A stretch of DNA of 64,000 nucleotides from Deltaproteobacteria bacterium (GCA_052390235.1 JBQTHB010000004.1:70986-134985), one strand, 5' to 3'; numbered from the stretch's first letter, positions 9,758 through 19,948 are shown. Translations and numbers: made by a program. Notes: generated from the letters alone by a model not told the origin.

Positions 9758-10864
9758 ATGAGAGAGAGAAAAGACCGCTCCCGAAAATCCCTTTCTGCCG
9801 AGGAAATAGTTAAATCCAGGACTCGCGCCCAGGTGCGAGGTCTTGTGGCTTATTCCGTCCCACACATTGACTGCCCTGTGAAGCTCGACGGCAACGAGAG
9901 CCCTTTCGCCCCTCCCCCTGAACTGTCGGAGAATATCCTCGAGGAGCTGCGCAAAATCCCGGTCAACAGGTATCCAGACCCGGAGGCAACGGCTCTGAGA
10001 GCCAATATCGCCCAAATGTCAAAATTTCCTCCTGGGGGAATTCTCCTGGGCAACGGCTCGGACGAGCTGATAGAGATGCTCATGCGCGCGTTCTCAGGCA
10101 GGACGAGAAGGGTTCTCTATCCCGCGCCCACTTTTTCCATGTACCGAATCACAGCGGCGACGCTTGGGCTTGATACTGTCCCCGTGGAGCTTGACGAGAA
10201 ATTCGATATTGAAATTGAGGCGACACTCCGCGCGATTCGAGAGAAAAACCCGGATTTGATATTTCTCGCCTCTCCTAACAACCCGACGGGAAACCGTTTC
10301 TCAGGGGATAGAATCATCGAAATCCTAGAGCGCGCAAGGGGGGTGGTGGTAGTTGACGAGGCGTATTCGGATTTCGCGGTGGCGGCGCATCTGCCGCTGA
10401 TTGAGAAATATCCGAACCTCATCGTGCTGAGGACGCTCTCGAAAATCGGATTTGCGGGGCTTAGGCTTGGGATTCTATTCGCCCATGAGGCGCTCGCGCG
10501 CGAGGTAAACAAGGTTCGGATGCCCTACAACGTGAACTCGCTCACTCAGCGCGCCGCCGAAGTGGTGTTGGCTAACTTTGAATTTGTGGGAGAGAATATT
10601 CAGCTCATCATCCGCGAGCGGGACAGAGTGTCCGAGGCTCTGCGCCAGATGCGCGGCGCTGAGGTTTTCCCTACGGACGCGAATTTCGTTTTAATGAGGG
10701 TAGGGGATGCCGACGATGTATTCGAGAGACTCGCCCATCGGGGAATTCTCGTCAGGAATTTCCACTCCGCCGGCGGCAGGCTCGCAAACTGCCTAAGGGT
10801 AACAATCGGCGCGCCTCACGAGAACGATGCCCTCCTCGCCGCTATTGGGGATATTCTCGGATAA
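9758..10864 (+). CDS. hisC: Histidinol-phosphate aminotransferase
   Basis: LDGNESP, GNGSDELI, SPNNPTG, VDEAY and the PLP-lysine motif RTLSKIGFAGLRLG; follows hisD. Confidence 0.95.
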   Translation: MRERKDRSRKSLSAEEIVKSRTRAQVRGLVAYSVPHIDCPVKLDGNESPFAPPPELSENILEELRKIPVNRYPDPEATALRANIAQMSKFPPGGILLGNGSDELIEMLMRAFSGRTRRVLYPAPTFSMYRITAATLGLDTVPVELDEKFDIEIEATLRAIREKNPDLIFLASPNNPTGNRFSGDRIIEILERARGVVVVDEAYSDFAVAAHLPLIEKYPNLIVLRTLSKIGFAGLRLGILFAHEALAREVNKVRMPYNVNSLTQRAAEVVLANFEFVGENIQLIIRERDRVSEALRQMRGAEVFPTDANFVLMRVGDADDVFERLAHRGILVRNFHSAGGRLANCLRVTIGAPHENDALLAAIGDILG

Positions 10865-10919
10865 TTCAGGATTTGGCTATGCTCCTGTGCCGATTCAGTC
10901 CCGCCATCTCATGCGCGGT

Positions 10920-12440
10920 CTATTTTCTAGCTTTGCGAAGTCCCCAGTACCCAACCCACAGCGCTAGGCATCCCCACGAGAACGCATTGCCGATGCGGGC
11001 ATAGATGGTTTTCCCGTGGTTCATTATGCCGACTCTCGCCTCAAGGGTCGTGCGCTCGAATATCTCGGTCTTGGCAATGACCCTGCCCACCGGGTCAATC
11101 ACCGCGCTCACGCCCGTGTTTGTCGCCCTCACCAGGTAGAGCCGAGTCTCTATCGCCCTCGGAATTGAGACGAGCAGGTGCTGATACGCGGCGAATGTTC
11201 TGCCAAACCAGGCGTCGTTCGTGATATTGACCAGGAGGTTTGCCCCTTTCTCCGAGAATCTCTTGGCAAATGACGGGATAATGTCCTCGTAGCAGATGAG
11301 CGGGGCGATTCTCAGTCCTTTAGCTGGTATCTCGAATATTTCGAGCGCGCTGCCGGGGGTGAAATCCCCCGTTGCCGGGCTTAATTGCTTAAGCGATGGA
11401 AAATACCTCGCAAACGGCAGATACTCGCCGAACAGGAGCAGTTTTATCTTATGGTATCTGCCCAGAATTGCCCCCTCGGAGTCTGAAAGAAACGCCGTGT
11501 TGAACTGCGCCCGCCGCCCGCCTTCTCCCTCGATAGCCCCGTAGGAAAGCCCTCCGACAATAAAATACGCGCCGCCAATAGGCGGGACAGCCGCCGCTCC
11601 TTTGCTTGCGAGGGTCTTTTCGGTAAGCGGAATCCACGCCTGAATCGCCGTTTCGGGCCAGATGACCAGGTCGGGGGCATCAATGGATTCTGACATGATT
11701 TTATGGGTGCTTGAGACGAACTCCTCGTTCTCAGGAGTCTTCTCGAAGAAATCGAAATTTGCCTGCACCACTCCGACTTTAATCTTCTCCGAGGTTTCAG
11801 CCCACCTGTCAACCGCCTCAATCCTCCAAAACCCATAGCCGAGCGTAAGCGCGAGCAACGCCGCCGCCGCCGCTGCCTCAGGGTAGGATGCTGACCTCCC
11901 AAGCCGGATACATTTAAAAACTGCGAAATTCACGGCGACGATAATAAAACTAATCGAATATACACCGAAGAGGTCTGCTATCTGCATCGCGGGGAGGTAA
12001 TTTGCCTGCGTGTTCGAGATTCCATAGGGGAAGAGGAAGGGAAATAGGAATTCGAGCGAAGTCCAAATCGAGGCGGCGAGCAGAACGCAGAGCGCTCCTC
12101 GCCTCTGAAATATGTTGAGCCGCGCCGAGATGTAGGCAAATATGCCGATGTACGCCCCCGTGTAGGCGGACAGGATTAGGTGAAAGAGGAAACTCACCGC
12201 CTCCGGGAAGCCGCCGAACCTCGTAATTGTGCCGATGATCCAGTACATCCCGACGGCATTTGCGAGAGCGCCGACGAGAATTCCGAGCCGAAACGCGTCT
12301 TTCGGGGATTTATCCCAGATTGCCGAGAAAAAGGGGACGAGCAGAATCCACGATAAAATTCCGGCGTAGGGGATGACAAAAGCCGCCGGCAGGAGCAGAG
12401 CGGAGATGACGCAGAGGGCGAGGTCTCGTTTGGTTATCAC
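10920..12440 (-). CDS. lnt: Apolipoprotein N-acyltransferase
   Basis: Multi-TM N-terminus plus nitrilase triad WPE, YHKIKLLLFGE and ICYE; NITNDAWFG. GTG start at 12440 directly after the lgt stop. Confidence 0.95.
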   Translation of the reverse strand: MITKRDLALCVISALLLPAAFVIPYAGILSWILLVPFFSAIWDKSPKDAFRLGILVGALANAVGMYWIIGTITRFGGFPEAVSFLFHLILSAYTGAYIGIFAYISARLNIFQRRGALCVLLAASIWTSLEFLFPFLFPYGISNTQANYLPAMQIADLFGVYSISFIIVAVNFAVFKCIRLGRSASYPEAAAAAALLALTLGYGFWRIEAVDRWAETSEKIKVGVVQANFDFFEKTPENEEFVSSTHKIMSESIDAPDLVIWPETAIQAWIPLTEKTLASKGAAAVPPIGGAYFIVGGLSYGAIEGEGGRRAQFNTAFLSDSEGAILGRYHKIKLLLFGEYLPFARYFPSLKQLSPATGDFTPGSALEIFEIPAKGLRIAPLICYEDIIPSFAKRFSEKGANLLVNITNDAWFGRTFAAYQHLLVSIPRAIETRLYLVRATNTGVSAVIDPVGRVIAKTEIFERTTLEARVGIMNHGKTIYARIGNAFSWGCLALWVGYWGLRKARK

Positions 12441-12441
12441 G

Positions 12442-13215
12442 TTATCTGCCTGATCTCTTCCCTGTGGTGGGCTTTTTGCGAAGCTGGGCAATTTTTACCA
12501 CTCCGAATATTATGAGAATAAGCGCCATCACCTGAGCCACTGACAGACCGGGTATCGCGCTTGGGGTCGTAGCCCTCAGGAACTCTATTGAAAACCTCTC
12601 AAGCCCTGCGAGAATTAGAAAAAGCGCAAATAGCCAGCCCACCGACATTTTCCGCTCCCTGATTTTCCACAGATAAACGAAAATCGCGCCGAGCAGCGCT
12701 GCCTCGTAAATCTGCGTCGGATGCACCGTCTCGGTTGTCGGCGGAATCCCGTTTGGAAAAGCCATCGCCCAAGGCACGTCCGACGGCACTCCGTAATCAT
12801 CCCCTACGAGCAGACACCCGATGCGCCCTATTGAATGCGCAAGGGCGAGCGAGGGAGCGAGGCAGTCCCCAATAGTCCAGTAGCTCACTTTGCTCCTCGC
12901 TGCGATAATCCATACGAGCAGGGCGGCGAGAAAAAACCCTCCGTAGAACGTGAGTCCCCCGCGCGACAGGAGATACGCGCCGGGATTTGCGAGGAGATCT
13001 GCGAGCGGGACGTTTTCATAGACGTAGAGGATTTTTGCTCCGATAAGCCCGCCGACCATTGCGGCGATGAATACGTTGCCCAGGAGGTTTTCATCGAGTC
13101 CTCTGCGCCGAAATTCGAGCGACGAGAAGTAGTATGCCGAGAGAAACCCCAGCGCGACCATCACGCCGAACGATGAGATTACGAAATCTCCGATTCTGAG
13201 CAGTTCTGGGTACAT
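12442..13215 (-). CDS. lgt: Prolipoprotein diacylglyceryl transferase
   Basis: MYPELLRIG, GLTFYGG, IGRIGCLLVGDDYG, HPTQIYE and RFSIEFLR motifs. Confidence 0.95.
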   Translation of the reverse strand: MYPELLRIGDFVISSFGVMVALGFLSAYYFSSLEFRRRGLDENLLGNVFIAAMVGGLIGAKILYVYENVPLADLLANPGAYLLSRGGLTFYGGFFLAALLVWIIAARSKVSYWTIGDCLAPSLALAHSIGRIGCLLVGDDYGVPSDVPWAMAFPNGIPPTTETVHPTQIYEAALLGAIFVYLWKIRERKMSVGWLFALFLILAGLERFSIEFLRATTPSAIPGLSVAQVMALILIIFGVVKIAQLRKKPTTGKRSGR

Positions 13216-13374
13216 TTACCGCGCTCCGGTTGTTTTTTTCTCAAAATTGTTTTTTATTAGAGCCTCTATTCGGTTTTTGAGAGCGGCGTTTTTTCTAGTG
13301 AGCCGAACCGTGAACAGGAATATAATTGCCCAGAGGACAAGCTGAATAATAAAACTCGTGAAAATATCGTACAT
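13216..13374 (-). CDS. Small single-TM membrane protein (CcmD-like architecture), 52 aa, not in the ORF track
   Basis: MYDIFTSFIIQLVLWAIIFLFTVRLTRKNAALKNRIEALIKNNFEKKTTGAR*. The stop TAA abuts the lgt ATG; GGGGAG SD upstream. Confidence 0.7.
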   Translation of the reverse strand: MYDIFTSFIIQLVLWAIIFLFTVRLTRKNAALKNRIEALIKNNFEKKTTGAR

Positions 13375-13507
13375 TTTAGATGCGCTCCCCGCCTAGATGC
13401 GATTTAGGTATTAAATCTAACTGACGTCTCCCTAAATTTAAACACGCCCCCACGCCGACCCATAAGCGCGCATGAGTTAGCGCGGCGTTAAGACCTAGCC
13501 TCCTTGC

Positions 13508-13536
13508 TTGCATGAACCGCTGGGAATAGGTAAATT
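13508..13536 (+). promoter_or_regulatory. Putative sigma70 promoter of the HNH gene (near-leaderless)
   Basis: TTGCAT-N17-TAAATT, ending 11 nt before ATG 13548. Confidence 0.45.
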
Positions 13537-13547
13537 CTTCAGGCGAG

Positions 13548-14144
13548 ATGATAAGCTCTCCGGTGCTGGTTCTAAACCGCAATTTTGTTCCGCTCACAAT
13601 TACAAGCGTAAAGAGGGCTTTTGTCATGCTCTACTGCGGAGTGGCAAAGGCTGTAGCCGGAGACTACAGGACGTTTGATTTCGAGTCATGGGCTGAGGTT
13701 TCAGCCGCCATGGGCGAAGACGGCATTCAGACCGTAAGCCGCGTAATTAGAATTCCCCGCGTTATAATGCTTCTGCGCTACGACCTCATGCCGCGCAAAG
13801 AGGCGAAATTCAACCGCATAAACATTTTCCGGCGGGACGGCTCGGCGTGCCAGTACTGCGGGGAGGTTTTCCCCAAGCCCGACCTCACCATAGACCACGT
13901 TGTCCCAAGGTCTCACGGAGGAAAAAGCGTCTGGGAGAACGTCGTGTGCTGCTGCGTTGACTGCAATAGGAAAAAAGGCGGCAGAACACCCGAAGAGGCC
14001 CGTATGAAGCTCATAAGCAAGCCCAAAAAACCCGCTTGGGATCCGTTTTCTAATATCTACGTCAGAACCGTAAGATACAAGGAGTGGGAGCCGTTTCTCG
14101 GCTTTGTGGAAGCGTCTTACTGGAATGTGGAGCTTGAGGCGTAG
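13548..14144 (+). CDS. HNH endonuclease (McrA/COG1403-like)
   Basis: VLVLNRNFVPL N-terminus; NIFRRDGSACQYCG, LTIDHVVPRSHGG and WENVVCCCVDCNRKKG. Confidence 0.92.
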   Translation: MISSPVLVLNRNFVPLTITSVKRAFVMLYCGVAKAVAGDYRTFDFESWAEVSAAMGEDGIQTVSRVIRIPRVIMLLRYDLMPRKEAKFNRINIFRRDGSACQYCGEVFPKPDLTIDHVVPRSHGGKSVWENVVCCCVDCNRKKGGRTPEEARMKLISKPKKPAWDPFSNIYVRTVRYKEWEPFLGFVEASYWNVELEA

Positions 14145-14266
14145 TAATTTCAGGTACAATTAGCGTTGAAATTTATAAACCGTCTTGGCATATTTTCATC
14201 TGACGCCGCCTTGCCGGGGCGTTTTGCCCTGCGCCTGAATAATTTTTGCAGCTTGGAGGAATATTT

Positions 14267-15523
14267 ATGAAGAAAATACTAATTGCGGCGCTGATGGCGC
14301 TGATTGTCCTGCCCGCCATGCTTTACGCAACCATCGTACTGCCCCCGATAGACGGGCCCATTGTGAAAAAAATCCCGATATTCATCCCCGACCTAGTGGG
14401 TTTGGGAACGTCCGATGCGAGGGCTAGGGAGTTTGCCGAGGTGCTGAGAAACGACCTGCTCAACGCGGGGCTGTTCGATGTGCAGAAAGGAAACGCCATC
14501 TTCCTGGGCGCGGGGGACAATGTCAACTACCAAGCCTTTTTCGACGCCGGAGCGGAGGCTCTAGTCAAGGGGGAATTTCAGGTCTCAGGCGGCAAAATTA
14601 CCATCACGGCGAAATTATTCGATGTAGTCGCTGAGAAATTCTTAGTCGGCAGGGTCTATGAGGCGACCTCGGATAGGGTCAGAGACGCCGCCCATAAATT
14701 TGCCAATCTCGTGATGAAGGAACTCACCGGTATTGACGGCTTTTTCACCTATAAAATCGCCTTCGTCTCAGGGGTGGAAGACAGGCGCGACTTATTCCTG
14801 ATGGATTACGACGGATTCGGCTTAAGACGCATAACCAATCACCGCGCCCTTGTCCTATCGCCCCACTGCTCGCCAGACGGCTCGAAAATCCTATTTAACT
14901 CCGACAAAGTATTCGACCAGGACTTATATAGCCTCAGCCTCGGCGGCAAGGGCGTGGAGCAGAGGCTCACCCGCACCTTTAGGCTGGAGCAAAGCCCTGA
15001 GTGGTCTCCGGACGGCAGTAAAATGGCATTCAGCGCCGCCGGCGATATTTACATCGCCAATCCCGATGGGAGTAGCCCCGTAAACATCACTCGCCACCCC
15101 TCGATAGACGTATCCCCCGCTTGGTCCCCCGACGGAAGCCGTATCGCCTTTACCTCAGATAGAAGCGGCTCGCCTCAGATTTACGTTATGAGCGCGAAGG
15201 GGGGGAGCGCGAAGAGAATCTCCTCAGGCTCTTACAACACCGACCCCGCCTGGTCTCCAAACCCCGAGGTGAATAAAATCGCCTATGTGCGCGTGGGCGG
15301 AGGCGCGAATATTATCACGGTAAGTCCAGACGGCTCAGGAGAGAGGCAACTCACCGAAGGCGGCAGAAACGAAAACCCCGCGTGGTCTCCAGACGGTCAT
15401 TACATCGCTTTTATGTCCTCGCGAAACGGGACGCGCGATATTTTCCTAATGTATCTGAGCGGGGACAACATACAACAGCTCACAAAGGGAAGCGGCAAGG
15501 CTTTCCCAACGTGGTGCAGATAA
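14267..15523 (+). CDS. tolB: Tol-Pal system beta-propeller protein TolB
   Basis: Signal peptide, TolB N-terminal domain (AHKFANLVMKELTG) and multiple PD40 repeats (PAWSPDG). Confidence 0.88.
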   Translation: MKKILIAALMALIVLPAMLYATIVLPPIDGPIVKKIPIFIPDLVGLGTSDARAREFAEVLRNDLLNAGLFDVQKGNAIFLGAGDNVNYQAFFDAGAEALVKGEFQVSGGKITITAKLFDVVAEKFLVGRVYEATSDRVRDAAHKFANLVMKELTGIDGFFTYKIAFVSGVEDRRDLFLMDYDGFGLRRITNHRALVLSPHCSPDGSKILFNSDKVFDQDLYSLSLGGKGVEQRLTRTFRLEQSPEWSPDGSKMAFSAAGDIYIANPDGSSPVNITRHPSIDVSPAWSPDGSRIAFTSDRSGSPQIYVMSAKGGSAKRISSGSYNTDPAWSPNPEVNKIAYVRVGGGANIITVSPDGSGERQLTEGGRNENPAWSPDGHYIAFMSSRNGTRDIFLMYLSGDNIQQLTKGSGKAFPTWCR

Positions 15524-15619
15524 AAGAGACATTGTTCGCGGCGCGGCGGGAGGATGAGAGGCGGAAACACCCTCCCCCTGTCTTTTGAGAGAGACGTGAG
15601 GGAGGACTTTTTAGTAATA

Positions 15620-16405
15620 TCAGCCTTTGACCTTGCGGAAATCGGGTTTCCGTTTCTCTTTGAAAGCCGTCGCCCCTTCGAGCATCTGAGGGGACTTGAG
15701 GAAAAACTTCGCCAATTCCAGTCCGTGGGTAATCTGCGGCGAAGCCACGTCGGATGCGAAATTAATCTGCGTTTTTGCGATTCTTAGCGACTGCGGGCTT
15801 ACCTCAAGCAGTCTCTGGCACCAGGCGTCAACCTCTTCATCGAGCTTATCCTTGGGGACGACCTTGTTTATCCAGCCCATCTGCTCGGCTTCTCTAGCCG
15901 TGTACCGGTTGCACAGATACACAATTTCGCGGGTCTTCTTATCCCCCACCGAGTGCTGAAGCCCCTGAAGCCCGTACCATATAGGGCAGCTCCCCACCAG
16001 AGGCCCAGCCTGCCCAAAGATGGAATCCTCGGAGGCAATGGTCAAATCGCAGAGCATATTAAGCTCGTTCCCCCCGCCGATACAGAATCCGCTTACTCTG
16101 GCAATAATGGGCTTGCCGCAGTTGCGCATGGCGTTTGCGAGCCTGTAGTGAACGAGCATATACTCAGAGTTGACGGGCTTATCGGGGTCAATTATCCATG
16201 ATAAATCCCCGCCAGCGCAAAAAGCCTTGTCGCCCGCGCCGGTAAGCACCATCACGCCGATGTCGTCGTCGAGCCAAGAGTCTTCAATGGCTTCTGCAAG
16301 CTCGGATCTCACTTTCGAGTCAAGCGCGTTTCTCACCTCTGGGCGGTTTATCGTAATGCGCGATACGTGGTCTCTCTTCTCATAGAGAATGAAGTCGAAT
16401 TTCAT
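15620..16405 (-). CDS. Crotonase-family enzyme, MenB/BadI-like (naphthoate synthase or ring-opening hydrolase)
   Basis: INRPEVRNA, AFCAGGDL, CIGGGNELNMLCDLTIAS, FGQAGPLVGS and AFKEKRKPDF. Confidence 0.82.
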   Translation of the reverse strand: MKFDFILYEKRDHVSRITINRPEVRNALDSKVRSELAEAIEDSWLDDDIGVMVLTGAGDKAFCAGGDLSWIIDPDKPVNSEYMLVHYRLANAMRNCGKPIIARVSGFCIGGGNELNMLCDLTIASEDSIFGQAGPLVGSCPIWYGLQGLQHSVGDKKTREIVYLCNRYTAREAEQMGWINKVVPKDKLDEEVDAWCQRLLEVSPQSLRIAKTQINFASDVASPQITHGLELAKFFLKSPQMLEGATAFKEKRKPDFRKVKG

Positions 16406-16619
16406 CTTACTTGAGCCTCCCTTCAATTTTTCCTGATACCATTCATTAAATGCGCTGGATTGTCAATATTTCCCGCAACAGGACGCCCAATGAAGGCTCG
16501 ACGAAGCCCCACTGCGCGCCTGTGGTATTGGAAGACATATAGGCGGAATCAGTCCCGTTCTGCGCGATAATCCGATTTTCGATAGGTTTTCCAATACGAT
16601 GCTGAAGATTCTGCTCGCC

Positions 16620-16937
16620 CTACTCCTCAGGGTAGCTTACGACTCTAAACGTCTGGAACGGCTCTGCCTGTGAAATCATCGGCATCCCAAGCACGGTTAC
16701 AGATGAAATACGTCCGTTTGAGGCATTGGCGCTGACCCTAAAACCCAGTCTGAGTCCGGCGATGACGGCTGGGTTTGATACAAGCTGATACTCTGCCCGC
16801 GTCCTGTCCTCTTTGAGCCTGATGAACCCGTCGCCGACTTGGGTTATCTCGCCGGTTATGCTCTCGGCTCTTGCGCCGGATGGGGCGAGCGCCGCCAAAA
16901 ACACGCAACACAGAGCGGTCAATATAACTTTTTTCAT
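16620..16937 (-). CDS. Hypothetical secreted protein
   Basis: GAGGAGG SD; signal peptide MKKVILTALCCVFLAALAPSGARA; small beta-rich mature part. Confidence 0.7.
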   Translation of the reverse strand: MKKVILTALCCVFLAALAPSGARAESITGEITQVGDGFIRLKEDRTRAEYQLVSNPAVIAGLRLGFRVSANASNGRISSVTVLGMPMISQAEPFQTFRVVSYPEE

Positions 16938-17094
16938 GGCTGATACCTCCTCAAGGTGTTTTTCCCTATTGTATATAAATTGGGGGTATAATGCCATAGA
17001 TTTTTTCGATATTGTGAAAAGTGATGAGAATATATAAATTATAATTAACGGTAAACAGTTAGGGGGGGAAGATTCTGACTGACACGCCGCTCGC

Positions 17095-17700
17095 TTACAT
17101 TCTCTTTCTATCCCTCAGCGCCTTGCCGAGCGTTACCTCGTCTGTGTATTCGATTTCCCCTCCAACGGGGATTCCGTAGGCAATGCGTGTTACCTCGATT
17201 TGAAGCGGTTTTATCAATTTCGCCAGATACATCGCCGTAGCCTCGCCCTCGACGCTTGGGTTCGTGGCAATTATGACCTCTCTCTCTCCTTCGCCTTTTA
17301 GCCTCTCGAGAAGCTCGCGAATTTTTAAATCCTCGGGTCCCACCCCCTCGATGGGCGATATTACGCCGTGTAGTACGTGGTATTTCCCTCTAAACTCCGC
17401 GCTCCTCTCGATGGCGATTAAATCGAGCGGCTCTTCTACTACGCATATCGCTTTGGCGTCTCTGGAGGGGTCGCGGCATATATCGCAGGGATTCTCCGAG
17501 GTGAAGCTGAAGCAGACCCCGCAGAGGCTGATTTTTCTCTTCGTATCGGTTATGGCTCTTGAAAGGCTTTCGGCAAACCCCTCGGGCGCGCGCAAAATAT
17601 AGAATGCGAGCCTAGTGGCGTTTTTCTCGCCAATGCCCGGAAGTCTCGAGAGCGACTCGATGAGCCTTGAAATCGGTTCTGGAAGACCGCGGCGTTTCAT
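17095..17700 (-). CDS. recR: Recombination mediator RecR
   Basis: LPGIGEKNATRLA HhH, C4 zinc finger and Toprim EVIIATNPSVEGEATA. Confidence 0.98.
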   Translation of the reverse strand: MKRRGLPEPISRLIESLSRLPGIGEKNATRLAFYILRAPEGFAESLSRAITDTKRKISLCGVCFSFTSENPCDICRDPSRDAKAICVVEEPLDLIAIERSAEFRGKYHVLHGVISPIEGVGPEDLKIRELLERLKGEGEREVIIATNPSVEGEATAMYLAKLIKPLQIEVTRIAYGIPVGGEIEYTDEVTLGKALRDRKRM

Positions 17701-17701
17701 T

Positions 17702-18022
17702 TTATAGCAGTCCTGGGGGCAGTCCTAGCCCGCCGGCAACTTTGGCAATTTCCTCTTTCATAATCTCTTTCCCTTTGCCTAGGGCTTCGTTCACGGCTAC
17801 GGTGATTAAATCCTGAAGCATCTCTACGTCGCCGTCCTTTATCAGCTGAGGCTCGATTTTAATTGCTACAATTTCGCCCTTTGCCTTTGCCAGGGCGGTT
17901 ACCATGCCCCCGCCGGCTGAGGCTTCTAGCACTTTTTCGCCGGCTTCGGCTTGGAGCTTGTCAATCTGCTCTTTCACTTTCTGCGCCTGCTTGAGCATAC
18001 TTTGTATGTTTCCCAGTTTCAT
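17702..18022 (-). CDS. ybaB: YbaB/EbfC nucleoid-associated protein
   Basis: ASAGGGMVT and DVEMLQDLITVAVNEAL; lies between dnaX and recR. Confidence 0.95.
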   Translation of the reverse strand: MKLGNIQSMLKQAQKVKEQIDKLQAEAGEKVLEASAGGGMVTALAKAKGEIVAIKIEPQLIKDGDVEMLQDLITVAVNEALGKGKEIMKEEIAKVAGGLGLPPGLL

Positions 18023-18041
18023 AGGCTCTGCTCCTTGGGTT

Positions 18042-19664
18042 TTATTTATTTGTAATTTTTACCACTCTGCCTGCAAAAATGCCGAGCGCGTTTTGAATGA
18101 CCGGGTCGCGTTCGGCGTCTCCTCTGCGCTTTGCCTTCTGCTCGCCGGGCGATACGTAATCCCCTGCGGCATCGGCGCCTGCGCTCAATATTTCTACCTT
18201 CGGCTTTAAGTCCTCGCCGAAAAACTCCTTGGCGAGAGCGCCTATGTTCTCCTGATTCCTCGCCGCATAGTCCGAGTGAACCGAGCGAGCGCCAAATTCT
18301 AGTATGAGGATTCCCGACTCAGCCCTGATGGAGGTCGCTTTATCGAGGTGAATTCCCGCCATTGGGCTCTTGGATTTCACAAACGAGATGAAGTCCCCAT
18401 CTTCTGCGGCGGCACGGGTTTCAGATGGAATCATCTTTTCTGCGGGTTCGTATTGGGCTTTGTCCTCTGCGAGCGACGATACTGAGGTATTAGCGCTTGG
18501 GGGCAGGGCGCTGGCGGGGCTTGGGATTTGCTTTTGTATCGCCTCGATTTTAGCGATAATCTCATCGAGCGGGATTATCGTCCTCACGAGGCAGAGCCTT
18601 ACCAAAAGTGCCTCTAGGGCGATTCGAGGATAAAACGAGCGATGCACCTGCTCCGCCCCTTCAAGGGTGAGATTAAAGAGCGCGTCCAGAGTCTCAGCGG
18701 TTTCCTGTTTGGAGAGCTTTTGAAGCTCCAATCTCTCCTCCTGCGAGATGTCTGATGCCGCCTCTGCGCCGCATATTTTCATCAGCAGAGCGGCTCTAAC
18801 GGCCTTAAGTAAATCCTCCGAGAACCGCCTTGGGCTTACCCCCTTGTCCGCCGCTGAGTTCAAAATTTCAACTGCCATCTTCGCATTCTTGGTCAATACC
18901 GCCGAAAGCGCCGCTCTTGTGAGGGATCTGTCCATTACGCCGAGAATGCGGGCTGCCTCTTCGCCGTTTATCGCCGCTCCGAATGTGGCGATGAGCCTGT
19001 CCATGAGGCTTAGGGCGTCTCTCATGCTCCCGTCGGCTTCTTCGGCTACTAGGGAAATCGTCGCGCCGGAGATTGCCACCCCCTCCTGCGAGGTGATGAA
19101 TTCGAGCCTCTTTTTTATTGTTTCAAGCGGCACTTTTTTGAATTCGTATCTCTGGCAGCGGGACAGAATAGTCGTCGGAATCTTATGCGATTCCGTTGTG
19201 GCTAGGATGAAAAGCACGCGCGGGGGAGGCTCTTCAAGGGTTTTGAGCAGGGCATTAAACGCCGACTGCGAGAGCATGTGCGCTTCGTCAATTATATAAA
19301 TTTTGGTTTTGCCCGATGATGGCAGATATTTTACGTTTTCGATAATTTCTCTGACGTCGGCGACTCCGGTGTGGGACGCGGCGTCAATTTCCATTACGTC
19401 AAGCGATCTGCCCTCGGCGATGTCCGCGCAGAACGAACACTCGGAGCAGGGCGAGGGGGTTGGGCCATTTACGCAGTTGAGCGCCTTTGCCACGATTCTC
19501 GCGCTTGTGGTCTTGCCGACCCCCCTTGAGCCGGAGAAAATAAGGGCGTGCGCTATCTTGCCCGACGAGATGGAGTTCTTGAGGGCTTGGGTGATGTAGT
19601 CCTGCCCTACGAGGTCGTCAAAAGTCTGTGGTCTCCATTTTCTGGCAAGGACGAGGTAGGACAT
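18042..19664 (-). CDS. dnaX: DNA polymerase III subunit gamma/tau
   Basis: LARKWRPQTF, GSRGVGKT, EIDAAS, IIDEAHML and SRCQ. Confidence 0.98.
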   Translation of the reverse strand: MSYLVLARKWRPQTFDDLVGQDYITQALKNSISSGKIAHALIFSGSRGVGKTTSARIVAKALNCVNGPTPSPCSECSFCADIAEGRSLDVMEIDAASHTGVADVREIIENVKYLPSSGKTKIYIIDEAHMLSQSAFNALLKTLEEPPPRVLFILATTESHKIPTTILSRCQRYEFKKVPLETIKKRLEFITSQEGVAISGATISLVAEEADGSMRDALSLMDRLIATFGAAINGEEAARILGVMDRSLTRAALSAVLTKNAKMAVEILNSAADKGVSPRRFSEDLLKAVRAALLMKICGAEAASDISQEERLELQKLSKQETAETLDALFNLTLEGAEQVHRSFYPRIALEALLVRLCLVRTIIPLDEIIAKIEAIQKQIPSPASALPPSANTSVSSLAEDKAQYEPAEKMIPSETRAAAEDGDFISFVKSKSPMAGIHLDKATSIRAESGILILEFGARSVHSDYAARNQENIGALAKEFFGEDLKPKVEILSAGADAAGDYVSPGEQKAKRRGDAERDPVIQNALGIFAGRVVKITNK

Positions 19665-19680
19665 AAATCACCATGAATAA

Positions 19681-19790
19681 AACCGGCGGGCCGGGGTAGC
19701 CGCAACGCTCAGAGAGGTTTGCTACCGTTGCTCTCTTCCGAGCCTGGCGGGTTTTACAATTCCCTGCCGCGCGGGCCCGACCTGCCGGTT
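19681..19790 (-). ncRNA. ffs: Signal recognition particle RNA (4.5S, small type)
   Basis: Long hairpin closed by AACCGGC/GCCGGUU, with helix-8 motif GCCAGGCUCGGAAGAGAGCAACGG; canonical position upstream of dnaX. Confidence 0.93.
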
Positions 19791-19855
19791 TTATATCCGC
19801 AGATTTTATATAACTCTATCTTATCTGCGGTTTATACGTTTTCTAGTAAAACTCG

Positions 19856-19948
19856 TGGCGGAGAGGGAGGGATTCGAACCCTCGAGGGAGCTTTAGACCC
19901 CCTACACGCTTTCCAGGCGTGCACCTTCGGCCGCTCGGTCACCTCTCC
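19856..19948 (-). tRNA. tRNA-Ser (anticodon GGA)
   Basis: GGAGAGG acceptor stem, anticodon arm CACGC-CUGGAAA-GCGUG, long variable arm, GGUUCGAAUCC T-loop and encoded CCA. Confidence 0.97.

Noticed and set aside
13548..14144. HNH gene as a mobile homing endonuclease or IscB/HEARO element
   Set aside because: Matches the widespread stand-alone McrA/COG1403 type. No RuvC or PLMP motifs, intron context or long structured RNA upstream.
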